Shown here: positions 28,814 through 37,302 of the stretch, piece after piece | Layout of the letters: every line of letters begins with the position of its first letter | How positions within the stretch are numbered: position 1 is the stretch's first letter | DNA from: Patescibacteria group bacterium | Lineage (GTDB): Bacteria > Patescibacteriota > Minisyncoccia > Phycocordibacterales > SIBU01 | Assembly (NCBI GenBank): GCA_040390045.1 | Contig: JAZJZC010000003.1 | Coordinates: 115-64,114 of the forward strand | DNA length: 64,000 bases | Reading direction: 5' to 3' | Program-made: the position numbers and the translations under genes | The notes under the pieces: model-generated | The model's database searches: none | Seen by the model: the letters and a program-made list of their open reading frames with translations, nothing else | What the model was told of the DNA's origin: nothing

Positions 28814-30631
28814 ATGGGACTATTTGATATTTTTAAGAAAAAAGAAAAACTTCCCGACATTGCGTCAATTTTGCCACAAGAAATTTATGCTGCCGGTGTG
28901 TTGGAATTGAAAGATATCATCGCACCGTCGGCGCTCAAGGTCAGCCCACGGACGCTGAACCTGGGAGAAAAAATTGTCAGAACTTTTTTTGTGATTTCCT
29001 ACCCACGATTTCTATCAGCTGGTTGGTTTTCACCGATTATCAACCTCGACAAAGTGTTTGATATTTCAATCTTCATTCATCCGATTGACACAGCGGTAGT
29101 CTTGCGACAATTCCAGAAAAAGGTAGCCGAGGTGCAAAGCCAAATTGCTACGAGAGAGAAAAAAGGGCTTGTCCGCGACCCAATGCTTGATACGGCATAT
29201 CACGATCTCGAAAGTCTCCGTGATAACTTGATGCAAGCTCAAGAAAAATTGTTTGATGTCGGTCTCTATATTTCCATTTACGCCGACAGCGATGCTGAAC
29301 TCGACAAAATCGAATCGGAAATAAAATCCCTACTCGAATCAAAATTAATTTATTTAAAACCGGCGCTCTTCCAACAGGAACAGGCATTTCGAAGTGTTAT
29401 TCCTATGGCTCAAGATGAACTCATGATCCATTCAAAGCTAAATTCGTCTCCGCTTTCTTCGTTGTTTCCGTTTACGTCTTTCGATCTTACGTCAGACAAA
29501 GGAATTCTCTATGGCATTAACCGCCACAACTCATCACTGGTCCTTTTTGATCGTTTCAGTTTGGAAAACTATAACTCAATTACGTTCGCCAAATCTGGTT
29601 CCGGAAAAAGTTACAACACTAAATTGGAAATTTTGAGAACCTTGATGTTTGATACTGAGGTCATTGTCATCGACCCTGAACGCGAATATGAATACATGGC
29701 GGAAGCCACGGGAGGGAAGTACTTTACGATTTCGCTCAACTCAAATCATCACATCAACCCGTTTGATCTACCGATCCCGCGAGAAGATGAATCGGCCACG
29801 GATGTCCTTCGCTCAAACATCATCAACCTAGTTGGTCTTTTCAGAATTATGCTCGGCGGTCTTTCTGCCGAAGAAGACGCTTTGATTGACCGCGCCATTA
29901 GCGAAACCTATGCTCTTAAAGACATCACGCCTGACTCGGATTTTAAAAATATCGAGCCGCCTCTGCTTTCAGATTTTGAACTGGTGCTTGCCGGTATGGA
30001 AGGCGCGGAGTCTTTGGTGCAACGTTTGAGTAAATATACTCGTGGCACTTGGGCTGGTTTTATCAATAGACCTTCAAACATCGACATCGATAGTAAATTT
30101 ATTGTCTTCTCTCTTCGCGATATGGAAGACGAATTGAAACCAGTCGCCATGTATATCGTCATGCACTATATCTGGAATGCAATCCGCAAAAATTTACGCA
30201 AACGTTTGCTTGTCATCGACGAGGCGTGGTGGATGATGAAATCAGAAGACACGGCATCATTTCTCCTTGGGCTCGCCAAGCGAGGACGAAAATATTTCCT
30301 CGGCCTTTCCACCATCACACAAGACGTGGACGACTTTTTGAAATCCCCTTACGGCTTGCCGATTATTACCAACTCGTCGATCCAAATGCTTCTCAAGCAG
30401 TCGCCGTCCTCAATCGATAAAATTCAAAAAGTGTTCAGCTTAACTGATGAAGAAAAATATTTATTACTCGAATCCGATGTTGGAGAGGGAATTTTCTTTG
30501 TTGGACTAAAACACGTGGCTATAAAAGTGATTGCTTCATACACCGAAGATCAGATTATCACTTCGGATCCATCACAATTACTCGCCATCAAAAAGGCGAA
30601 GAAGGAGCTTGAGGCAGGACAGACCACGTAA
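28814..30631 (+). CDS. VirB4-like type IV secretion ATPase (C-terminal ATPase part)
   Basis: Walker A AKSGSGKS, Walker B LLVIDEAWWMM, 605 aa. Confidence 0.85.
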   Translation: MGLFDIFKKKEKLPDIASILPQEIYAAGVLELKDIIAPSALKVSPRTLNLGEKIVRTFFVISYPRFLSAGWFSPIINLDKVFDISIFIHPIDTAVVLRQFQKKVAEVQSQIATREKKGLVRDPMLDTAYHDLESLRDNLMQAQEKLFDVGLYISIYADSDAELDKIESEIKSLLESKLIYLKPALFQQEQAFRSVIPMAQDELMIHSKLNSSPLSSLFPFTSFDLTSDKGILYGINRHNSSLVLFDRFSLENYNSITFAKSGSGKSYNTKLEILRTLMFDTEVIVIDPEREYEYMAEATGGKYFTISLNSNHHINPFDLPIPREDESATDVLRSNIINLVGLFRIMLGGLSAEEDALIDRAISETYALKDITPDSDFKNIEPPLLSDFELVLAGMEGAESLVQRLSKYTRGTWAGFINRPSNIDIDSKFIVFSLRDMEDELKPVAMYIVMHYIWNAIRKNLRKRLLVIDEAWWMMKSEDTASFLLGLAKRGRKYFLGLSTITQDVDDFLKSPYGLPIITNSSIQMLLKQSPSSIDKIQKVFSLTDEEKYLLLESDVGEGIFFVGLKHVAIKVIASYTEDQIITSDPSQLLAIKKAKKELEAGQTT

Positions 30632-30710
30632 CACATAGCATGGAACATGTAACAGAATAGCTTTGTATCCATGATTCATGTTGCGTGCTCCATGTTTCAT
30701 TTTTTAATCT
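30632..30710. repeat. Intergenic repeat sharing GAACATG / GCTCCATG / TGTTGCGTG submotifs with the rpmH-dnaA spacer
   Basis: catagcatggaacatgtaacagaa…catgttgcgtgctccatgtttc versus 37101-37200 catagaacatgtatcacagaacatggaaca…atgctccatg…tgttgcgtg. Confidence 0.5.
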
Positions 30711-31727
30711 ATGGCTGAAAAAGAACCAGAAAAAATTTCTCAAAAAGACAAAATTTCCGGCACTGAGTGGGGGATGGTGCTTGGGGTTCTTTTGATTGTT
30801 GATCTGGTCCAATTTGCACTCGACTGGATAGGAATTCCTTTTATTGGGAACCTAGGAACAGTTCTAAATCGATTCATTGATATCGGGGTTGCCCTTGGTT
30901 GGTCTACATACCTATATTTACGCGGGATTACGATGGAAACCAAAAAAATTGGTAGTATTATATTGACCTTTTTCTTTGAGGAGATACCGAGCATTGACGC
31001 TTTCCCGTTTTGGACTGCTGACGGGGCCTTTATTTACTTTTCAGTAAAAGCTGAGAAGCAAGTGCAGGCGGTGGCGGCAGTGGGAGTAGCGGTGGCGGCA
31101 GTAGCCCTTGCTCCGGAAACTGGCGGCGCGTCTCTTGCAGCAGAGGGAGTAGTAGCTGCTGATGTCGCAGCTGAAGGTGGAGCTGTAGCCGAGGAGGCAG
31201 CAGAGGGAGTAACTGGAGTGGCAGAAACCGTTCATGGTGCCGAGGAGGGTTTGGAAATGTCAGATGCCTATGCGGACGAAATGGGACAAGAAAGTGACGC
31301 TCGTGACAATCAAACCGAGCCCGAAACTGAACACTTAGAGGAAGATAGTGGAACGGGTGACGAAAACCATGACCTTTCGGATGAAGAGAATGACGAGATG
31401 GGAAGACAGTCTGACGAACAATCGAAAGAAAACAAAACACCAGAAGAAGAGGAAGAAACCAGTAAAAAAAAGAAGAGGGAATCTGAGAAAGGGTCTCGGG
31501 AATCGCTTTTGGGTGGTGGACAAACAGGAAAACCTGGTGAAATTGGTGGCAATCGAAACAATCTCGACCTCCGCGGCAGTGCCGCTTATGGGGAAAGAAG
31601 GAAAAAAGAAAGAGAGCTTGGTGCACTTCAAAATGTCACTGATTTAACCATGTCGTACAAACAAAGAAAAGAGGGAAGGAAAGATAATAGTAAAATTAAA
31701 GACGATGAAACTTCACTTGCTGAATAA
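30711..31727 (+). CDS. Membrane protein with 3-4 TM helices and a long acidic, low-complexity C-terminal tail
   Basis: Hydrophobic N-terminal third; tail rich in E/D/K (EEDSGTGDENHDLSDEENDEMGRQSDEQSKENK). Confidence 0.5.
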   Translation: MAEKEPEKISQKDKISGTEWGMVLGVLLIVDLVQFALDWIGIPFIGNLGTVLNRFIDIGVALGWSTYLYLRGITMETKKIGSIILTFFFEEIPSIDAFPFWTADGAFIYFSVKAEKQVQAVAAVGVAVAAVALAPETGGASLAAEGVVAADVAAEGGAVAEEAAEGVTGVAETVHGAEEGLEMSDAYADEMGQESDARDNQTEPETEHLEEDSGTGDENHDLSDEENDEMGRQSDEQSKENKTPEEEEETSKKKKRESEKGSRESLLGGGQTGKPGEIGGNRNNLDLRGSAAYGERRKKERELGALQNVTDLTMSYKQRKEGRKDNSKIKDDETSLAE

Positions 31728-31771
31728 GCGGTACTAGTATCAGTAAAACTTGTGGTAAAATGTAATCACTT

Positions 31772-32788
31772 ATGAAATATCTCAACTTCATATTTTTATT
31801 GGCAATGATGTTTGTCTCAGTGAGCACAGCGCATGCCCAACTTCAAAGCCTCGACAATCAGTCTGGAGGTATCATTATAAATAGCGACCCGGCGAATCCG
31901 AAGCCTCGACAGTTTGTCACCGTTACCATCCAAAGTTACACCACAGACCTCGACCGTTCCGAGGTGTCTTGGTTTGTAAATGGTGTTTTGCAAAAAAAAG
32001 CCATCGGTGAAAAAAGTTTTCTTTTTAAAACCGGCGGGCTTGGAAGTTTCTCAAATATTTTAGTCACCATCAAAACTCCAGAGGGTGAATTTCTACAATC
32101 GGTTTTAAATATCAACCCCGCGAGCCTCGACCTTATGTGGGAAGCTCAGTCCTACACACCACCTTTTTTTGAAGGTAAGGCAAGCTATCCTTTTGAAGGG
32201 TCTGTTAAAATTGTGGCGATGCCAAGTATTTCAAACGAGAATGGTGTGGCTATAAATCCAAAAACCCTCGTTTACACATGGTCAATTAACGGCGATGCTG
32301 TTTCTAAAGTTTCAGGCTATGGCAGAAATTTCATGTTTTTAGATGGCACCATACCAATAAACGCCACAACAGTTAGTGTAGAGGCCGCGACACTTGATAA
32401 AAAATACGTCGCAAAAAATTCAATTACCATAACTCCGTCTAGCTCCCAGATAATTTTGTATGAGGATAGCCCAACATTGGGAGTGTTATATAATAAAGCG
32501 CTCACAGGAAGTTTGGATCTTCAAAATCAAGAAATTCGTATCGCAAGCATTCCTTTCTTTTTAAGTGCTAAAAACCGCGAAGACGGAACCTTGAAATACG
32601 AATGGACCCAAAACGACCAGCAGGTAAACAGCAGTGACACCAGCAGTCTTTCTTTCAAACAATCCGGAGGTGCCGCAGGTAATGCGCTTATTGGTGTCCA
32701 AGTTAGCCACTTGACCAAAATTCTTCAGTTTGTACATAGTGGGCTTTCTATTAATTTTGGTCAATCAGTCTCTGGAGGCGTTTTTTAA
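31772..32788 (+). CDS. Secreted protein of unknown function
   Basis: Signal peptide MKYLNFIFLLAMMFVSVSTAHA; beta-rich composition. Confidence 0.5.
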   Translation: MKYLNFIFLLAMMFVSVSTAHAQLQSLDNQSGGIIINSDPANPKPRQFVTVTIQSYTTDLDRSEVSWFVNGVLQKKAIGEKSFLFKTGGLGSFSNILVTIKTPEGEFLQSVLNINPASLDLMWEAQSYTPPFFEGKASYPFEGSVKIVAMPSISNENGVAINPKTLVYTWSINGDAVSKVSGYGRNFMFLDGTIPINATTVSVEAATLDKKYVAKNSITITPSSSQIILYEDSPTLGVLYNKALTGSLDLQNQEIRIASIPFFLSAKNREDGTLKYEWTQNDQQVNSSDTSSLSFKQSGGAAGNALIGVQVSHLTKILQFVHSGLSINFGQSVSGGVF

Positions 32789-32794
32789 AGCACA

Positions 32795-33781
32795 ATGTTT
32801 ACTACACTCAAAAAAATCTTTTCGGTTCAAAGCGCTCTGTCAATTTTAATACTATTTTTTTTCTTGGCTCCCCTTATCTCGTACTCTCTTGATTACGTAC
32901 CCCTTGCGGAGATTCCCGGAACCGTAAGCAACGCTACTGGTGGCACAACACTTTCAACGTACCTTACGGGAATATTCAGAGCTGGTATTGTTATGGCGGG
33001 AGTTTTAGCCTTCCTAATGATTGTGATTGGAGGATTCCAGTATCTATCAACTGACGCCATGACAGGAAAAGAGGAGGGAAAGGTACGAATAGAGCGCGCA
33101 GTTGGGGGGCTTCTCTTGGCCCTTGCCTCGTATATTATTCTCTACACGATCAACCCAGACTTGGTAAGTCTTAATTTAACCTTAAGCGGCACAAGGCCCG
33201 CCTCAGATGTGGGTAGGCCACCAGATCTCATCTCAGCTGAAAGTGCGGCCCTAGACAGGGCCGCTTCAGAGATCAACAAAAACCGACAAGCGACACGTGA
33301 CGAGGCAACGAAACTTGACGAAGCGGTTGGTGTGTACCGAGCCCAAAGAGAAGCTATTTTGAAAGAGATCGCTGCAGGGGACAACTCCCACATCGCTCAA
33401 TTTAATGAGTTGCAACAAAAAATTGTCATCAACCAAACTGACGCTCAGGCAATCCGTGACTATGGTAGCGCAAAAAATGGAATTTTACTGAAAACAACAT
33501 CGGCTATCAGCGAGGGCGCCCAAGCACAAAATTCTGTGGGAGGAATTTATGCCCGATGGATAGGTGGTGCAGCGCCAGCCGAACTTGAAGATCACCTAGA
33601 TGCCATCGACCTAAGTGTCAATACTGCAACGGCGAAATTAAACCGGGAAATAGAGACGGCAAGAACAATCAATAACCCTGAACTCGCCGCAAAGTACACT
33701 GCATGGCTTGATGAAATTAAGGCCTACGCTGCCACATCAAAGACCCAGATTACTAGTGCATATAATCCACCGCGACCATAA
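32795..33781 (+). CDS. VirB2/TrbC-like pilin candidate with ~200-aa C-terminal extension
   Basis: Signal peptide, then two hydrophobic helices separated by a short charged loop (GIVMAGVLAFLMIVIGGFQYL…GKEEGK…AVGGLLLALASYIILYTI), the VirB2 topology. Confidence 0.4.
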   Translation: MFTTLKKIFSVQSALSILILFFFLAPLISYSLDYVPLAEIPGTVSNATGGTTLSTYLTGIFRAGIVMAGVLAFLMIVIGGFQYLSTDAMTGKEEGKVRIERAVGGLLLALASYIILYTINPDLVSLNLTLSGTRPASDVGRPPDLISAESAALDRAASEINKNRQATRDEATKLDEAVGVYRAQREAILKEIAAGDNSHIAQFNELQQKIVINQTDAQAIRDYGSAKNGILLKTTSAISEGAQAQNSVGGIYARWIGGAAPAELEDHLDAIDLSVNTATAKLNREIETARTINNPELAAKYTAWLDEIKAYAATSKTQITSAYNPPRP

Positions 33782-33783
33782 CT

Positions 33784-35049
33784 ATGTCCAAAAAAACCGC
33801 CATTGCCATAATCGTTTTTCTTGTCCTGCTCATCGCTGGTGGCTTTTTGGCTTTTTATTTTTACTTTAATCGTGGTACGGGCAACGACATCATCCCCGCA
33901 ACAAACACACCGGTTACAAGTATTTTTCCTTCGAGTAACGTCGGGGGCTCAAACAGTGGAAACAACGGGGGTAACAATACTTCAGCAAGTACTACAATTA
34001 GCGGAAACCAGAATCAATCTAACTCTCTGCCGATGCCGGTTCTTAAACAACTATCTATTCGTCCAAGTGCTGGGGCTGTTGTTATCGCCACCACCTCTCC
34101 GGTTGTACTAGTAAATTTTATTGAAAAGGGGACGGGAAATGTCTACCAGGTCAGCCCAGAAAACAATCTTGAAATTCGACTTTCCAATACCACCATACCA
34201 AAAATCCAAGAGGCGCTCTGGAACAAAACAGGTTCACAGGTGATCACTCGGTACACTACTTCAGATGAAGTTGATTCGATCAAATCCTACAGCGGCTTTC
34301 TGTTGCCGAAATCGGCCGACAATCCCGATGGCGCGCTTACAGGATATTTTCTTTCAGAAAATATTAGAGCCATGGTTAAAAATCCAGACCAAAACAAAAT
34401 CTTCTATTTACTACCGACGTCATCTGGTAGCACCGGCATCATCGCCGATTTCGATGGCAGCAAAAAAACCCAAATTTTTGACTCCCTTCTAAAGGAATGG
34501 CTCGTTGACTGGACATCACCAAATATCATTTCCCTCAACACCAAGCCATCTGCTGGAGTTCCAGGCTACTTATTTCTTCTGAATACCAAAACCGGCGGCC
34601 TCTCACGGGCGATCACTGGTATTAAAGGACTGACCTCCAAAGTCAGCCCGACTGGGAACATCATCTTGTACTCAGAAAGCGCTGATGGAGCGCTCTCATT
34701 AAAAATCTACAATCTTAAAACGGGTACAACATTAGAAACTCCCGTTGCGACCTTGGCAGAAAAGTGTGTTTGGTCAAGCAATAATTCCGACATCTTCTAC
34801 TGTGCAGTACCAACGTATGTTCCACCCGGCAACTTTCCGGATGACTGGTACAAAGGCCTGGTACTCTTTTCAGATGAGATCTGGAGAATAGACAGCACCA
34901 CAGGAACTGGAGAACTGATAGCTGATCCCACAAACCTTACTAAAGAACAAATTGACGGCGTAAACCTATCTCTAAGTCCAAAAGAGGATTACCTGCTATT
35001 TACTAATAAAAAAGATTTTCATTTGTGGAGTTTGCGGTTACAACAATAA
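33784..35049 (+). CDS. Membrane-anchored extracytoplasmic protein (possible beta-propeller)
   Basis: Signal anchor IAIIVFLVLLIAGGFLAFYFYF; 421 aa. Confidence 0.5.
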   Translation: MSKKTAIAIIVFLVLLIAGGFLAFYFYFNRGTGNDIIPATNTPVTSIFPSSNVGGSNSGNNGGNNTSASTTISGNQNQSNSLPMPVLKQLSIRPSAGAVVIATTSPVVLVNFIEKGTGNVYQVSPENNLEIRLSNTTIPKIQEALWNKTGSQVITRYTTSDEVDSIKSYSGFLLPKSADNPDGALTGYFLSENIRAMVKNPDQNKIFYLLPTSSGSTGIIADFDGSKKTQIFDSLLKEWLVDWTSPNIISLNTKPSAGVPGYLFLLNTKTGGLSRAITGIKGLTSKVSPTGNIILYSESADGALSLKIYNLKTGTTLETPVATLAEKCVWSSNNSDIFYCAVPTYVPPGNFPDDWYKGLVLFSDEIWRIDSTTGTGELIADPTNLTKEQIDGVNLSLSPKEDYLLFTNKKDFHLWSLRLQQ

Positions 35050-35050
35050 C

Positions 35051-35190
35051 TCGATACGAAAATACCTTTTACCCTCCGATACGAAATACGGACAAACGAA
35101 AATACGAAATTATACGAAAACCGTAGCGGTGGTAGAAAGTTTTCGTATTTTTTCGTATGTTCGTACTCACCATTCGTATTTTCGTATCGA
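35051..35190. mobile_element. 140-bp cargo-less MITE of the GATACGAAAATAC TIR family, exactly filling the stop-to-stop gap between convergent genes
   Basis: TCGATACGAAAATACC (35051-35066) … TTCGTATTTTCGTATCGA (35174-35191); internal TACGAAA / TTTCGTA repeats. Confidence 0.65.
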
Positions 35191-35652
35191 CTAGGCGACA
35201 TATTTAATCACAACGCGCCGTTGCGCCCCTTCGCCACGAGACTCAGTTTTAATATCTTTTTGACCATCGAGAAATGAGTGAACCTGCATTCGTTCGTAAG
35301 AAGACATCGGGTCAAGTTCGACATCAACCTTAAACGATCGTGCTCGATCAGACATAATTTTTACTTTAGCTTTCAGGTGTTCGAGCGCTTTATCTTGATA
35401 GCCATTAACATCAACTACAAACTTTACAGGAGTTCCCGTCGGGGAAGTTTTTTTTGAAATAACCCTACGAATAATGTAATTAAGCGCACCGAGATGCTCT
35501 CCTTGTGGCCCAATTAAAACCGAAGAATCTTTTGTGTGTATTAAAAAACGAACGTGCTTTGATTGTGAGTTTTCGATACGCTCAATTTTCTCAAAACCCA
35601 CATTCATAAAGGTTAAAAACTCTTTTAAGACTGCTTCTATATCCATTTCCAT
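35191..35652 (-). CDS. jag: Jag/KhpB (KH + R3H domain RNA-binding protein)
   Basis: KH-like LIGPQGEHLGALNYIIR and C-terminal R3H segment; located with yidC. Confidence 0.8.
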   Translation of the reverse strand: MEMDIEAVLKEFLTFMNVGFEKIERIENSQSKHVRFLIHTKDSSVLIGPQGEHLGALNYIIRRVISKKTSPTGTPVKFVVDVNGYQDKALEHLKAKVKIMSDRARSFKVDVELDPMSSYERMQVHSFLDGQKDIKTESRGEGAQRRVVIKYVA

Positions 35653-35736
35653 GATGGTATTACTATACTATATATTTTTAAAAAAACACCCAAGAATGGG
35701 CAATTTTTCAAAAAATACTGAGAATTGTGGACAATT

Positions 35737-36486
35737 TTAGGCTTTTACTTGTTCTTCGGGTGTCATTTTTGCCATATTTCGGCGAACATATAGCTCCTGA
35801 CCGATAGCAAAGAGGTTGCTGGTAATCCAATACAAAGATACCGCACCCGAAATGCTATAAGAAATAAATCCTACAAACACAGGGAGAAAGTATCGCATTT
35901 GTAAATTGAGAGTTCGAGCGAAGTCGTCTTTCATAGAAGCTCCGGAGGGGGTTTTCAATTTAGGCACTGCCGGCATAGCAAAGCGGACTTGAAAATACTG
36001 GCTAGCGGAAACTAAAATAGCTAAAATCAGGCTGCCTTTGGTAATATCGATAATGCCCAAAAAATGCATATTAACCAGCGGGCTCGAAACAAACGGGTAG
36101 AGCAGTTCAGTGCGAATGGCTGGCAAACCACCTTTATAAAAAATATAGTATAAGGTTAAAATTATCGGAATTTGGATAATAGTCAAAAAGAAAGTCGTAA
36201 AGGGATTAACGTTTTTTTCTTTGTACAAAGCAAGCGTCGCTCGAGTATGAGCCTCGCGATCATCTTTATGCAACTCTTTGAGACGTGCGATTTCTCCTTC
36301 CAAGGTTTTCATCTTTATCTGAGTAACCGTGGCTTTTTGGGAAAGAGGGAAGAGGGCGAGCTTGACGAGAAAGGTCAAAATAACCACCGCGATGCCAGCG
36401 TCAGCCCACGGCAAAATATCCATAAGAAAAACCAAGCCGTTGTATAAAGGTTGGTAGACAATGAGGGTGAAAATATGAGTTATCAT
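35737..36486 (-). CDS. yidC: YidC/Oxa1 family membrane protein insertase (short Gram-positive type)
   Basis: 249 aa, 5 TM, conserved yidC-jag-rnpA-rpmH context. Confidence 0.85.
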   Translation of the reverse strand: MITHIFTLIVYQPLYNGLVFLMDILPWADAGIAVVILTFLVKLALFPLSQKATVTQIKMKTLEGEIARLKELHKDDREAHTRATLALYKEKNVNPFTTFFLTIIQIPIILTLYYIFYKGGLPAIRTELLYPFVSSPLVNMHFLGIIDITKGSLILAILVSASQYFQVRFAMPAVPKLKTPSGASMKDDFARTLNLQMRYFLPVFVGFISYSISGAVSLYWITSNLFAIGQELYVRRNMAKMTPEEQVKA

Positions 36487-36544
36487 TTTGAATACTATAG
36501 CGTATTTTGGACCCGCGCGCCAACAAAAGAGACCTGCCTAGTAC

Positions 36545-36883
36545 TTAACCTGTGATTGCTGCTTTTTTAAAAACAGCCTCAATCTCGGTTTTTAATTTTT
36601 CTATAGGATCCTTCGCAATCTTCTTCTTTAAAAAGAAAACTGCTTGCAATCCTGACTTTGCTTTGGAAAGGTACGGGCGTATCAGAGCATACATTCTCCT
36701 TTTCATAAAATTTCTTTGAACTGCACGTTTCTCGATTTTTTTAGAAACAACCACTGAAAACCGAGCTGGCTGGCTACCTAAGGACACCGTTCGCAATGAA
36801 AAGCTCTCCGAGTGAAAGCTTTTGCCTTTTTCTAAAATATCCTTGAAGAGGCGAGTGCCCACTTTTCTATTAGAAGGAATCAT
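36545..36883 (-). CDS. rnpA: Ribonuclease P protein component
   Basis: MIPSNRKVGTRLFKDILEKGK… basic ~112 aa, downstream of rpmH; the ORF-track start at 36895 likely over-extends. Confidence 0.8.
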   Translation of the reverse strand: MIPSNRKVGTRLFKDILEKGKSFHSESFSLRTVSLGSQPARFSVVVSKKIEKRAVQRNFMKRRMYALIRPYLSKAKSGLQAVFFLKKKIAKDPIEKLKTEIEAVFKKAAITG

Positions 36884-36889
36884 AGTTAA

Positions 36890-36966
36890 ATACAAAATAC
36901 TAATGGATACGAATATACAAATTCTCTCATTTGTACCTTTGTACTGATTTGTATTTCGTATTTCCT
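36890..36966. repeat. Degenerate copy of the GATACGAA-TIR element between rpmH and rnpA
   Basis: GGATACGAATATACAAA … TTTGTATTTCGTATTTCC (imperfect inverted repeat). Confidence 0.4.
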
Positions 36967-37100
36967 TAAACCGAGAGCTTTTTGCGGCCCTTCTGTCGTC
37001 GGCTACTCAAAACCTTTTTACCTCCGTGCTTTCTTTGGCGAGCCAAAAAACCGTGAGTTCTAGCTCTCTTTTTCTTTTTTGGTTTGTAGGTGAATGACAT
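36966..37100 (-). CDS. rpmH: 50S ribosomal protein L34
   Basis: Hand-translated 44 aa [44 protein letters not shown]; below the ORF-track length cutoff. Confidence 0.85.
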   Translation of the reverse strand: MSFTYKPKKKKRARTHGFLARQRKHGGKKVLSSRRQKGRKKLSV

Positions 37101-37302
37101 ATGGGTTCATAGAACATGTATCACAGAACATGGAACACCTGAAGAAAACACACTCTGTTTTTCTTATGCTCCATGCTGTATGTTACGTGTTGCGTGTTAT
37201 TAACATCTTATGCACACATTATAAACATATCCGGGCCCTTTCCACAAGCTACCCAAAAATTAATTAGGTATATAATGAACCCACTAAAAACTTTTAAAAA
37301 TA
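37101..37302. promoter_or_regulatory. Candidate oriC / dnaA promoter region (rpmH-dnaA spacer)
   Basis: Conserved origin gene order; DnaA-box-like TTATGCACA and TTTCCACAA; AT-rich stretch before dnaA; contains the GAACATG repeat shared with 30632-30710. Confidence 0.5.
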
